Positions 10,593-19,881 of a stretch of DNA of 64,000 nucleotides are shown here, in pieces (within the stretch, counting starts at the first letter, position 1; each line of letters opens with the position of its first letter). The notes under the pieces are model-generated. The model saw nothing but the letters and a program-made list of their open reading frames with translations, was not told the DNA's origin and searched no databases. The position numbers and the translations under genes were made by a program. Origin of the DNA: Pedobacter sp. (GTDB lineage Bacteria > Desulfobacterota > Desulfuromonadia > Desulfuromonadales > Syntrophotaleaceae); contig JBFWJC010000001.1 in NCBI GenBank assembly GCA_050253415.1, positions 416,001-480,000 of the forward strand. Direction: 5' to 3'.

Positions 10593-12445
10593 TGGCCGAG
10601 TTGCTGTTTCTGATACCGTTACTGCCGCTGTGTGGGGCTTTGATTGTTTTGTTTGCCGGTGGGCGCATGCCCCGTCGCCTGCTGACTGGCGTGGCGATCG
10701 CTTCTGTGGCCGCTTCGGCCGCAGTGACTTTGTGGTTGTGGCCGCTGGCCGCTGACCGCACCCGGGTAACGCTGTTCACCTGGTTTGACGCCGGTTCGTT
10801 GCAGGTGCCGATGGAATTGTTATTCTCCCCGCTGGCGGCCTGTATGGCGTTGATGGTGACCGGCGTTTCGGCTCTGATCCATGTCTACGCTGCTTGCTAC
10901 CTGCATCACGAACCCGATATCCGACGCTTCTTCACCTTGTTCAACCTGTTTGTGTTCGCCATGCTGGTGATAGTTCTGGCGGATAATCTATTGCTGTTGT
11001 TTCTTGGCTGGGAAGGGGTCGGATTCTGTTCCTATGCCCTGATCGGCTTCTGGTATCGCAATCCCGTTTTTGCGGCTGCCGGGCGTAAAGCATTTCTGGT
11101 TACGCGCGCCGCAGATGTGCTGTTCGGCATTGCACTGTTGTGGTTGTTCCACCTGACCGGTACCTTATCCATTTCGGCAATAAACCTGCAGGCCGCGTCG
11201 CTACCTCCGGGTAACGTAACCTTCCTGGCCTTATTGCTGTTGGCCGGCGCCTGCGGAAAATCGGCCCAGTTGCCTTTCAGCTCCTGGCTGCCGGATGCCA
11301 TGGCCGGCCCCACCCCGGTGTCGGCCTTGATCCATGCCGCCACCATGGTTACCGCTGGCGTGTATCTGCTGTGTCGGTTATTCCCGCTGATCTCATTGTC
11401 GCCAATCGCCCTTTGCGTCATCGGGCTGGTTGGTGCCTCTACCGCTTTTTACGGCGCCACTTGTGCGCTGGTGCAGAGAGACATCAAGAAAGTCCTGGCC
11501 TATTCAACCATCAGTCAGGTCGGTTACATGTTTCTTGCGGTTGGCGCCGGTACCATTACCGGGGCCATGTTCCACCTGCTCACTCATGCCTTTTTCAAAG
11601 CCTTGCTGTTCATGGTGGCCGGTGCGGTCATCCATCTGGCTTCCGGCGAACAGGATCTGTTTCGCCTTGGCCGGCTGTCCAAGCGGTCGCCGATGCTTTT
11701 CTGGCTGTTGCTGGCCGGATCTGTGGCCCTGGCCGGGGTTCCGTTGACGGCTGGTTTCTTTTCCAAGGATGCCATTCTGGCAGCCTGCTTCGCCCGACAC
11801 ACGCTATGGTGGACAAGCCTTGGCGTCGCCGGGTTGGTAACCGCTTTCCTGACCGCTATGTATGCTTTGCGGCTAGTGTATCTGCTTGTTGCCGACCGTG
11901 AGGTTGTATCGGGGTACGGCCCCGCACCGCGAGGACTGGTTTGGCCTTTGCTGCCCTTGGGTGTACTTGCCCTGGTTGGCGGACTACTTAATCTCCCCGA
12001 AGTTTGGGGTGGACATGCAGGTTTGGGGCGCTGGCTGGCAACCCCATCAGGGTTGTCACCCTCGCACGGCCTCGAATGGGGGCTTGCTGCCGTCACATTT
12101 TTATTGGTAGCGGGGGCCTGGTTTGTTATTCGAAATCGCTACCGGGTGCCGGCTTCACCAGTACCTGAGGGACCTTGGGTAGATTTTTTCATCACAGGTT
12201 GGCAGATTGATTCGCTGATCCGCTTTGCCGTTACGGCGCCCTTTGAAAGGCTCGGCGACCTGCTGGAAAGCTCCCTTGAGCGAAGTTTTACCACGACTTG
12301 GCCCGCCGGTCTCGGTCGGCTGTGTCAGGCTACCGGGCAGAAGCTGCGTGTATTTACCTCCGGTTCTGTAAGTCTTTACCTCGCCGCCATGGCTTGGGGC
12401 ATAATCCTGCTATTGACGATATTGCTGGTTTTTTTGACTTTATGA
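10589..12445 (+). CDS. nuoL: NADH-quinone oxidoreductase subunit L
   Basis: GWEGVG, GKSAQLP, WLPDAMAGPTPVSALIHAATMV. Confidence 0.97.
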   Translation: MMAELLFLIPLLPLCGALIVLFAGGRMPRRLLTGVAIASVAASAAVTLWLWPLAADRTRVTLFTWFDAGSLQVPMELLFSPLAACMALMVTGVSALIHVYAACYLHHEPDIRRFFTLFNLFVFAMLVIVLADNLLLLFLGWEGVGFCSYALIGFWYRNPVFAAAGRKAFLVTRAADVLFGIALLWLFHLTGTLSISAINLQAASLPPGNVTFLALLLLAGACGKSAQLPFSSWLPDAMAGPTPVSALIHAATMVTAGVYLLCRLFPLISLSPIALCVIGLVGASTAFYGATCALVQRDIKKVLAYSTISQVGYMFLAVGAGTITGAMFHLLTHAFFKALLFMVAGAVIHLASGEQDLFRLGRLSKRSPMLFWLLLAGSVALAGVPLTAGFFSKDAILAACFARHTLWWTSLGVAGLVTAFLTAMYALRLVYLLVADREVVSGYGPAPRGLVWPLLPLGVLALVGGLLNLPEVWGGHAGLGRWLATPSGLSPSHGLEWGLAAVTFLLVAGAWFVIRNRYRVPASPVPEGPWVDFFITGWQIDSLIRFAVTAPFERLGDLLESSLERSFTTTWPAGLGRLCQATGQKLRVFTSGSVSLYLAAMAWGIILLLTILLVFLTL

Positions 12446-12482
12446 TGTTTATTGATCTCCCTAACATACTTGCGAGCCAAGC

Positions 12483-13958
12483 ATGAATGGTCTGTCAAAC
12501 ATACCCTGGTTGTCCGTTTTGTTTTTCCTGCCGATCGTTGGGGCGCTGGCCTCCCTGGCTTGGGGCCGACGTGTCGCCGTGGTTACGGTTTTGCTGGAAG
12601 CAACTGTCGCCCTGCTCCTGCCTATTCAGATGGAATCCCGGTTTTCTCCCTGGATCCGTTTTGAGGATTGGGCCTGGATCGAACGTTACGGCGCTCGGCT
12701 TACCCTGGGGCTTGATGGCCTTTCGCTGCTATTGGTGTGGCTGACCGTTATCCTGCTGGCGGTTGCCGTGGGTCTTTCCTGGTCACGTTATCGGCAATCC
12801 GGTTTTTACGCTTTGCTGTTGACCAGTTGTAGCGGTATCCTGGGCGTTTTTCTGGCTCAGGATCTGCTGTTGTTCTATGTCTGCTGGGAAATTATGTTGC
12901 TGCCGCTGATCCTCTGCATTGCCTTATGGGGTGGCGCCAAGCGCGTTGAGGCCGCTTTTAAGCTGCTGCTGTTCACCCTGGCTGGCAGTCTGCTGATGTT
13001 GCTGGCTCTTTTGGGATTGTTTTTACTGCATGGTCGCCAGACCGGTGACTACATCTTTGCGCTGCAGGCTTTGAGGACCACGGTTATTCCTCCCGATCTT
13101 GCCCCCTGGCTGTTTGGATGTCTGGCGCTTGCATTTCTGGTCAAAGTTCCCGTTGTACCTTTGCATGGCTGGTTGCCAGATGCTTACCAGGAAGCACCTG
13201 CCGCGGTTACTTTGCTGCTCTCTGGCGTATTGGCCAAGGCTGGCATATTCGGTTTGGTACGTGTGGCGCTGCCATTGTTTCCCGAAACCTGGCCCAGCTT
13301 TGTGCCTGTATTGGGTGTCCTGGCGTTGGTGAGTATCGGTTACGGTGGCTGGCTGGCTTTTGTGCAGAACGATCTTAAACGCCTGGTGGCGTATGTTTCC
13401 GTCGCTCACCTCGGTTTTATCGCATTGGGTGTGGCAGCCTTTAATGCCATGGCTTTGCAGGGCGCGATGCTGCAACTGTTCAATCATGGCATAACCACGG
13501 CCGCACTATTCGTTCTTGTTGCACTGGTGGAACGTCGTACCGGCAGTCGTCAATTGCCTGAGCTGGGTGGACTCTGGTCCCGCACTCCGCAGCTTGGGGC
13601 CATGCTGCTGTTTTTTTCTCTGGCCACTCTGGGCCTTCCGGGTCTGAATATTTTCACCGGTGAAATCCTCATTCTACTAGGCTCTTTCGCTGCTCATCCC
13701 TGGTGGGGTGTCGCCGGTATGTTTGGAGTTTTACTGGCGGCTTGTTATACGCTGCGCATGACGCAGGGAGTGTTGTGGGGCGTGCCCCGTGGCCCGGATA
13801 TTATGAAGGATTTGAATCGCGGTGAGACGCTCCTTTTAGCTCCGCTGGTTGGCCTGGTTTTGTGGTTCGGGCTTTATCCTCTGCCTTTTTTGAGGTTACT
13901 TCGCGGTCCCGTTGAACAACTCCTTGCCCGTCTCGTCACGACAGGGGGGCTGCCATGA
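12483..13958 (+). CDS. nuoM: NADH-quinone oxidoreductase subunit M
   Basis: KVPVVPLHGWLPDA, GLPGL; operon position. Confidence 0.95.
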   Translation: MNGLSNIPWLSVLFFLPIVGALASLAWGRRVAVVTVLLEATVALLLPIQMESRFSPWIRFEDWAWIERYGARLTLGLDGLSLLLVWLTVILLAVAVGLSWSRYRQSGFYALLLTSCSGILGVFLAQDLLLFYVCWEIMLLPLILCIALWGGAKRVEAAFKLLLFTLAGSLLMLLALLGLFLLHGRQTGDYIFALQALRTTVIPPDLAPWLFGCLALAFLVKVPVVPLHGWLPDAYQEAPAAVTLLLSGVLAKAGIFGLVRVALPLFPETWPSFVPVLGVLALVSIGYGGWLAFVQNDLKRLVAYVSVAHLGFIALGVAAFNAMALQGAMLQLFNHGITTAALFVLVALVERRTGSRQLPELGGLWSRTPQLGAMLLFFSLATLGLPGLNIFTGEILILLGSFAAHPWWGVAGMFGVLLAACYTLRMTQGVLWGVPRGPDIMKDLNRGETLLLAPLVGLVLWFGLYPLPFLRLLRGPVEQLLARLVTTGGLP

Positions 13959-15349
13959 CCTGGAACACCTTATTGGCGCTGCTGCCGTTACTGGTGCTTT
14001 TTATCGGTTCCGTGTCCGTATTGTTTGTATCGGGACGAAGAGCTCTGTTGTATGGCATTTTCTGCGCCTTGCTTGCCGCAGGACTTGCCTGGTGGCCTTG
14101 CGTCTCAGCCGTATCCGACACGCCATTAGTCTCGAGTGGACTATTTGCCCGGGGTTGCTGGACTGCATGGGCGCTGCTTGGTGCAGCGACCTGCTCTCTG
14201 TCGGAGCGTTACAGGGCAAGTCGTCGGTTTGCGCCGCAGGAATTTGCCGCGCTGGTACTGTTTTGCGTTCTTGGGATGTCGATCCTGTCGGCCAGCACCT
14301 CTTTGGTCAGCCTGTTTCTTGGTCTGGAGGCGATGACCCTGGCGTTTTATGTGCTTATTGCTTTTGATCGGGACAACCCTACCGGCGCCGAAGCCGGTCT
14401 CAAATACCTGCTGCCCGGATTTCTGGCCAGTGCTCTGCTGGCTTTTGGCATCGCACTCGTGTATGCCGCCACCGGTACTTTTTCCCTTCATGGTAATGTA
14501 TCCCTGCCGGTTACAGGGACTACCATGCATACCATTGCGATTCTGGGATGGACCCTGTTCCTTTGTGCCATCGCGTTTAAGGCATCCCTGGCGCCCTTTC
14601 ACCTGTGGACGCCCGATGTCTACCAGGGCGCGCCAGCGCCGGTGGCCGGATTGCTCGCCAGCGGGTCCAAGGGTGCGGTGTTTGCTGTGTTGCTAGCCAG
14701 TATTCCCTTAGCGCTTATCGCTCCTTTGCGACCGCTTTTGGCAGCCCTGGCGGCGTTGTCCATGCTTGCCGGAACATTTGCCGCGCTGCCTCAGACCAAT
14801 CTCAAGCGCATGTTGGCTTACTCCTCCGTGGTCCATATGGGATACATGGTGCTGGCGCTACTGACGGGACAGCAGGCAGGGCTTGAAGCCGGCTTGTTTT
14901 ACCTGCTCAGTTACGGAGCTGCAACCGTGGCCGCTTTTGGGCTGTTGGCCTCCATGTCTGACTCCAGTGGCGAACCTCAGAACTACGCCGCTTTGGAAGG
15001 GTTAGCCGGCAGGTCTCCATGGCGGGCGGCCCTGCTTACGGTTCTGCTTCTGTCGCTGGCCGGCTTCCCCCCTTTGGCTGGGTTTATGGGCAAATTCGTT
15101 CTTTTTAGCGCGGCCCTGGATGCCGGTTATGTGTGGCTGGTTGCGCTGGCCTTATTTTCTTCCTTGGTTTCCTGCTATTACTATTTGCGTCCGATTGTGC
15201 GCCTTTTCCGTTCAGGTCCCACCTCTGCACACTCCGTGGCCGCTAACGGCGGTGAGGGGGTGGTGTTTGTGCTTTGCACTATTATTATTGTGACCGCAGG
15301 AATTTACCCCGGTCCATTTTTCCGGATGATTTCCGCAATTGCGCCTTGA
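13955..15349 (+). CDS. nuoN: NADH-quinone oxidoreductase subunit N
   Basis: EAGLKY, PFHLWTPDVYQGAP, KRMLAYSS. Confidence 0.95.
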   Translation: MTWNTLLALLPLLVLFIGSVSVLFVSGRRALLYGIFCALLAAGLAWWPCVSAVSDTPLVSSGLFARGCWTAWALLGAATCSLSERYRASRRFAPQEFAALVLFCVLGMSILSASTSLVSLFLGLEAMTLAFYVLIAFDRDNPTGAEAGLKYLLPGFLASALLAFGIALVYAATGTFSLHGNVSLPVTGTTMHTIAILGWTLFLCAIAFKASLAPFHLWTPDVYQGAPAPVAGLLASGSKGAVFAVLLASIPLALIAPLRPLLAALAALSMLAGTFAALPQTNLKRMLAYSSVVHMGYMVLALLTGQQAGLEAGLFYLLSYGAATVAAFGLLASMSDSSGEPQNYAALEGLAGRSPWRAALLTVLLLSLAGFPPLAGFMGKFVLFSAALDAGYVWLVALALFSSLVSCYYYLRPIVRLFRSGPTSAHSVAANGGEGVVFVLCTIIIVTAGIYPGPFFRMISAIAP

Positions 15350-15367
15350 TCCGTCGTGCGAGGGCCC

Positions 15368-15772
15368 ATGAATATCACCGAACGCATTGCACAGTTTCTG
15401 TCGGCTGAAGGTTTTGCTGTCGCCGGCGCTTCGACCAATCGTGACAAATACGGCAACAAGGTCCTGCGTTGCTACATGCAGCATAGCAAGCGCGTTGTAC
15501 CCGTCAATCCGCATGTCTCGGCTGTGGAAGGCCTAGCCAGCGTCGCCAGTGTTTCGGATTTGCCGGGTAATATTCAAAGTCTCTCCATTATCACCCCACC
15601 CCGCATTACCGAGCAGGTTGTAGAAGAAGCCATCGCCAAAGGAATCCCTAATATCTGGATGCAGCCTGGAGCTCAAAGCGATGAAGCCATACGTCGTTGT
15701 GAGGACGCTGGCATCAACCTGATTGCTGACGGAAGCTGTCTGTTGGTGGTGCTCGGTTACCACGAAGTCTGA
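15368..15772 (+). CDS. CoA-binding domain protein (YccU-like)
   Basis: AVAGAS, KYG, PVNP, WMQPG motifs. Confidence 0.85.
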   Translation: MNITERIAQFLSAEGFAVAGASTNRDKYGNKVLRCYMQHSKRVVPVNPHVSAVEGLASVASVSDLPGNIQSLSIITPPRITEQVVEEAIAKGIPNIWMQPGAQSDEAIRRCEDAGINLIADGSCLLVVLGYHEV

Positions 15773-16193
15773 TGGGTGATAAAAACCAGTTTTCATTTTT
15801 GGAATCTGTTGGTTTTCGGTGTAAACGGCCCCATATATGATTTTGGTGCAGCGGCTTTGTTTCTGATTGTGGTGTATACTGCCACGGAGTGCTAACTTCT
15901 TTTTTTACAATTCTTTCTTGCCCTTGCGTTATGTCCTGTGATATATAGCCATGGTGCCTTAGTGAAAGTTTATAAACAGAACACAGGTTCTTCCTGTTAC
16001 TAAAATATGCTTCAACGCATATTCCTTTCACCTCTAACTATCCTTTCTCATTATTCTTTTTGAGAGTGGACGGTTTTGACCTTTTATTTCGCGTAGATTT
16101 TTGGTCATACCGCTACTTCTTTTAGGCACAGTTGATCCTTGCAATTGAACGAGTAATTCATAGTGTCTTTAAAGGTAAGACAGGATATCTGGA

Positions 16194-16391
16194 ATGCATG
16201 ATAGTGGCGAGCGCGACGTTCGTAGGCAGGTAGTCACCAATATCAGAGTGCCTAACTCCGTTTGGAAAAAACGCGTATGCGAGACCTTGCTCGATTTAAA
16301 TATAATCCCTGAACATTTTTCAGGTAAATTGGTGATCTCCTTTAAAAATGGGGGCATCAGCTACATAGAGAAGACTCAGACATTTAAATAA
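16194..16391 (+). CDS. small protein, DUF2292/YezD/OscA-like C-terminus (copy 1)
   Basis: 65 aa ending FSGKLVISFKNGGISYIEKTQTFK; paralogue at 18417 differs mostly at synonymous positions; family assignment by pattern only. Confidence 0.75.
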   Translation: MHDSGERDVRRQVVTNIRVPNSVWKKRVCETLLDLNIIPEHFSGKLVISFKNGGISYIEKTQTFK

Positions 16392-16393
16392 GT

Positions 16394-16482
16394 TGCGCTA
16401 ATTTCGACCTCTGCCTGATCAACAGACCTAACGAAACCCGCACCCAATACCAAAATCAATGGTATTGGTGCGGGTTTTTTTT
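16394..16482 (+). promoter_or_regulatory. putative antiterminator hairpin overlapping an intrinsic terminator (copy 1)
   Basis: TGCG-CTAA-TTTCG-ACC-TCTG..CAGA-CCTAA-CGAAA-CC-CGCA; terminator AAACCCGCAC-CCAATACCA/TGGTATTGG-TGCGGG followed by T8. Confidence 0.7.
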
Positions 16483-17011
16483 GTTTATTTTTTTCTACGA
16501 TCCTAAGGGAAAGAATTTTATTAATTTACGAAATCAACAACCTTGAGTTGTTGGCAACATCGGAGGTTTTATGGCTATTGTAAAATGTGCATTTTGTGGG
16601 GAAGACGCGGATAGTGAAAATTACGGAGTTAAGCAATGTTCGAAATGTGGCTTGTGGTTTTGCCATAAACACCTTGGTCAGTACAAGTCGCAATGCATAG
16701 TGTGTAAAGAATATGCTCTCAAAAATAAGTACGGGAGATGAAATTTGCAAAAGTACTTTTAAAGTAACGTACATTTAAAATTAAATTTTGGATTGATCTC
16801 AGGAGTCAATAGCGAGGGTTTCATAAAGAAGTCTTTTTATTCTGGCCTCGTGCCCTCTCTTTTTAATCCTCGCTGCCTGATTTTCGAGGCAATTATCGTT
16901 ACGTTACCGAGTGGTGTGAGTCTAATCCAACGTCGAATGCTTGGCATTTTTTGCTCCCCCCAATGGAAACGCAACTTTTTCTAAACGTATAATGATAAAG
17001 GAGTCTGAATT

Positions 17012-17431
17012 ATGAAAGTTTGCTTTCCTATATCAGAAGATTTTGGTGTGAAAAGTACTGTTTATGGACATTTCAATTCTGCCCCTTTCTTTCTTGTCGT
17101 AGATACCGATACAAAGGAAACCCTGACTATAGCTAATTGCGATCCAAAAAATCCTTTAGCAGGGTGCGATCCATTCAGTGCTCTTAAGGTTTACGATATC
17201 GATGGTATTATTGCCGGATGTATGGGAGATAGTGCTCTTCAAGCCATGAACCTCTGCGGGTTCCGGGTATATGAGGCAGAATCCGAAAATCTTATTGAAA
17301 ATATGGAACTGTTTAACCAAGAGAAGCTTCAGGAAAGCGTCGTGCAAAATAGTGCTGCCGAGGGAAGATGCTCTGATGGCGAAAGTTCTTCAGGCGAGGG
17401 TTGCGGTCACGATCATGATCACGAGCTTTGA
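17012..17431 (+). CDS. NifB/NifX-family (dinitrogenase Fe-Mo cofactor-binding domain) protein
   Basis: MKVCFP, GHFNSAPFF, MG..A motifs; Cys/His-rich tail CGHDHDHEL; AAGGAG RBS. Confidence 0.85.
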   Translation: MKVCFPISEDFGVKSTVYGHFNSAPFFLVVDTDTKETLTIANCDPKNPLAGCDPFSALKVYDIDGIIAGCMGDSALQAMNLCGFRVYEAESENLIENMELFNQEKLQESVVQNSAAEGRCSDGESSSGEGCGHDHDHEL

Positions 17432-18416
17432 CCATCAAAATTAATGCGATAGCAAAAAATCCTGCGATAGAAGAAAAAAATTCCTAAAAGTCCTGGTTAT
17501 TCCCAGGGAAGAGGGCATTCCTGGTATCTGAGAACATGAAGAAACGCGGTAATACGGTAGCTCTGGATTTAATTGGGCGGTTCGCTCTAGATGCTCTCTA
17601 GGGCGAACCCGCCGTCAATTAATGCAACCATGACTTCAGCCCAACAAGAGCTCCATACTTTCCCCCTCATCTCTCTGGGCGACAAGGAACATTATGCTCG
17701 ATGCCTTCGGTTAGTTACGGGCGCATTTGGATATGTCCTTTTTACGCTGGCAGTGACATCTGCAAAATTACTAAAAAAGGATTTAGGTATGTAAAGCCTA
17801 CTTCGCACGACCCAATTATTGAATACAGATATCAAATGTCTAATTGTTTATCTAAATCGGCTCCGCTTGCCGATTATCTGACTAGCGAAAAACGATGTAG
17901 AATCTCTACCTCGTTGTAGCGGAAACCTGTCGAGTACCATAATCACTTCAATTTACCTGTTCTTCAAATCCCGATACCGTCTGTAATGCCGTATTAACAT
18001 AAAGCTTGTTTTGAAGATTTGGTTCGCTGGGCGGAAGGAATACCCAGCTAATGTGAATATGTAAAGAGCTGTGAAAATCACCAAAAAAAGTTCGTTTACA
18101 CAAAACCATGTGTTGGAAATAGTTGTTTACGGTAACTAATAGTCTTTTTTGTCTTTTACTGTTATTTTTACCTTGCTTGTTATTATCTGCTTTGTTAAAA
18201 AGATTGCCACACTGCTTGATTCTTTGGAAAAAAACAGCGTTCGAAAGTTTTTTATTTTGAACTTCTCCCTGGATCGAAAATTTGTGAAGGGGGGATATAG
18301 CCCCAAGCAGCGGGGCGTTGGCGGATTGGCCTCTACGGACTGTTTGTGAAGTATGGAAACTGACGAACATGAAGTTTCCGCCGCAAAATTCATCGCCAAA
18401 CACGCAGGTGATAATT

Positions 18417-18650
18417 ATGCATATCCCTGAACTTTGTTATCAGGACAAACTATTGGAAGAAAAATCACGGACCCGAACACAAAAGTACTCTGGCCAGGCT
18501 GGGCCCAAAAATGTGGCTGTCTGCAAGAGATCTATAGCAACTTTTTTGGCAAATACCGAATTGATTACGCCGAACTTCTCAGGGAAACTTATTATCTCTT
18601 TTAAGGAGGGTGGCATCAGCTATATAGAAAAGGTAGAGCAAATCAAGTAA
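18417..18650 (+). CDS. small protein, DUF2292/YezD/OscA-like C-terminus (copy 2)
   Basis: Ends FSGKLIISFKEGGISYIEKVEQIK; AGGTG RBS before ATG 18417 (alternative start 18369). Confidence 0.75.
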   Translation: MHIPELCYQDKLLEEKSRTRTQKYSGQAGPKNVAVCKRSIATFLANTELITPNFSGKLIISFKEGGISYIEKVEQIK

Positions 18651-18680
18651 CTTCCCTCTACATAAAAAATAAATAGTCAC

Positions 18681-18764
18681 GCGCTTATTTCGTCCTCTGC
18701 TTAGTCAGACTTAGCGAAACCCGCATCGATTCCTGAAATTCAGGATATCAATGCGGGTTTTTTT
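18681..18764 (+). promoter_or_regulatory. putative antiterminator hairpin overlapping an intrinsic terminator (copy 2)
   Basis: GCG-CTTA-TTTCG-TCC-TCTG..CAGA-CTTAG-CGAAA-CC-CGC; terminator AAACCCGCAT..TCCTGA/TCAGGA..ATGCGGG followed by T7. Confidence 0.7.
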
Positions 18765-18782
18765 ATTATCAGAACATAAGGA

Positions 18783-19817
18783 ATGAAGAGCATGCAACAA
18801 ATCGTCCCCGTTGAACAAGCTGTAGGTAAAATTCTTTCTCATGATATCACGCGTATAGTACCCGGAGAATTCAAGGGGCGAGCCTATAAAAAAGGGCACA
18901 TGATTACAGCCGAGGATGTTCCACAGCTCAAAAAACTTGGCAAGGACCACATTTATATTCTTAACCTCGGTGATGGCCTGGTGCATGAGAATGAAGCAGC
19001 TCAACGTATTGCGAAGGCGATCAGCGGGCCGTTCCTTCATTTCGGAGAGCCGAATCAAGGTAAAATTGAATTAACCTCGGAGCTGGATGGGCTGCTTAAA
19101 ATAAACCTTAACCTATTGAATCAGCTAAATGAAATTCCGGACGTTACCATCGCAACAGTATTAACCAACCAGCCCGTGCGCGTCGGGTCGACGGTTGCCG
19201 GCACGCGCATTATCCCCCTGTATACCCAAGAAGAAAATCTTCTTCAGCTAGAAAATCTCTGCCGCCAAAATTCTGCGTTAATCACTGTAAAACCTTACCA
19301 GCACTTTCGTGTGGGATTGATTACTACTGGAACCGAAGTGTTTCTTGGGCGTATCCCAGACGGTTTCGGGCCAATAGTAAAAAGCAAATTTGAAGCATAT
19401 GGAAGTGAAGTTTGTCGCCAAGATATCGTTCCTGACGATATATCAAAAATAGCCTCTGCTATTCATGGTCAGATTGCAGAAGGTGCGCAAATGGTCATTT
19501 TGACAGGAGGAATGTCTGTTGATCCAGACGATCTTACCCCCGCTTCTATACGGGCCACAGGCGCGAAAATCGTAATCTATGGTGCCCCTACCTATCCCGG
19601 TGCCATGTTCATGTTGGCAGAATTGCATGGTGTTCCCATTATCGGCCTTCCTGGCTGCACGATGTATCACAAAGCTACAATTTTTGAACTCGTAGTTACT
19701 CGCCTGCTTGCTGGCGAAACCATTACGCGTTCGGACGTTATCGCATTGGGCCATGGAGGATTATGCGCCGGTTGCCAGGATTGCCATTACCCCAATTGCG
19801 GATTCGGCAAAAGCTGA
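18783..19817 (+). CDS. molybdopterin-binding (MoeA-like) protein
   Basis: LSHDITRI, TGGMSVDPDD, PGAM, GLPGC; C-terminal CxxCxxCxYPxCxFGK. Confidence 0.88.
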   Translation: MKSMQQIVPVEQAVGKILSHDITRIVPGEFKGRAYKKGHMITAEDVPQLKKLGKDHIYILNLGDGLVHENEAAQRIAKAISGPFLHFGEPNQGKIELTSELDGLLKINLNLLNQLNEIPDVTIATVLTNQPVRVGSTVAGTRIIPLYTQEENLLQLENLCRQNSALITVKPYQHFRVGLITTGTEVFLGRIPDGFGPIVKSKFEAYGSEVCRQDIVPDDISKIASAIHGQIAEGAQMVILTGGMSVDPDDLTPASIRATGAKIVIYGAPTYPGAMFMLAELHGVPIIGLPGCTMYHKATIFELVVTRLLAGETITRSDVIALGHGGLCAGCQDCHYPNCGFGKS

Positions 19818-19881
19818 GGTTCCGTAATACGAGAAACATCCCTTTTCTAACTGAAAACGACCAACAAGGAGGAAGACAGGA

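Noticed and set aside
18281..18351. Two TTTGTGAAG repeats as Rex sites
   Set aside because: Only half-sites; no palindromic TTCACAA partner
17948..18403. 151-aa minus-strand ORF and other short ORFs in AT-rich intergenic zones
   Set aside because: No RBS, motif or paralogue support
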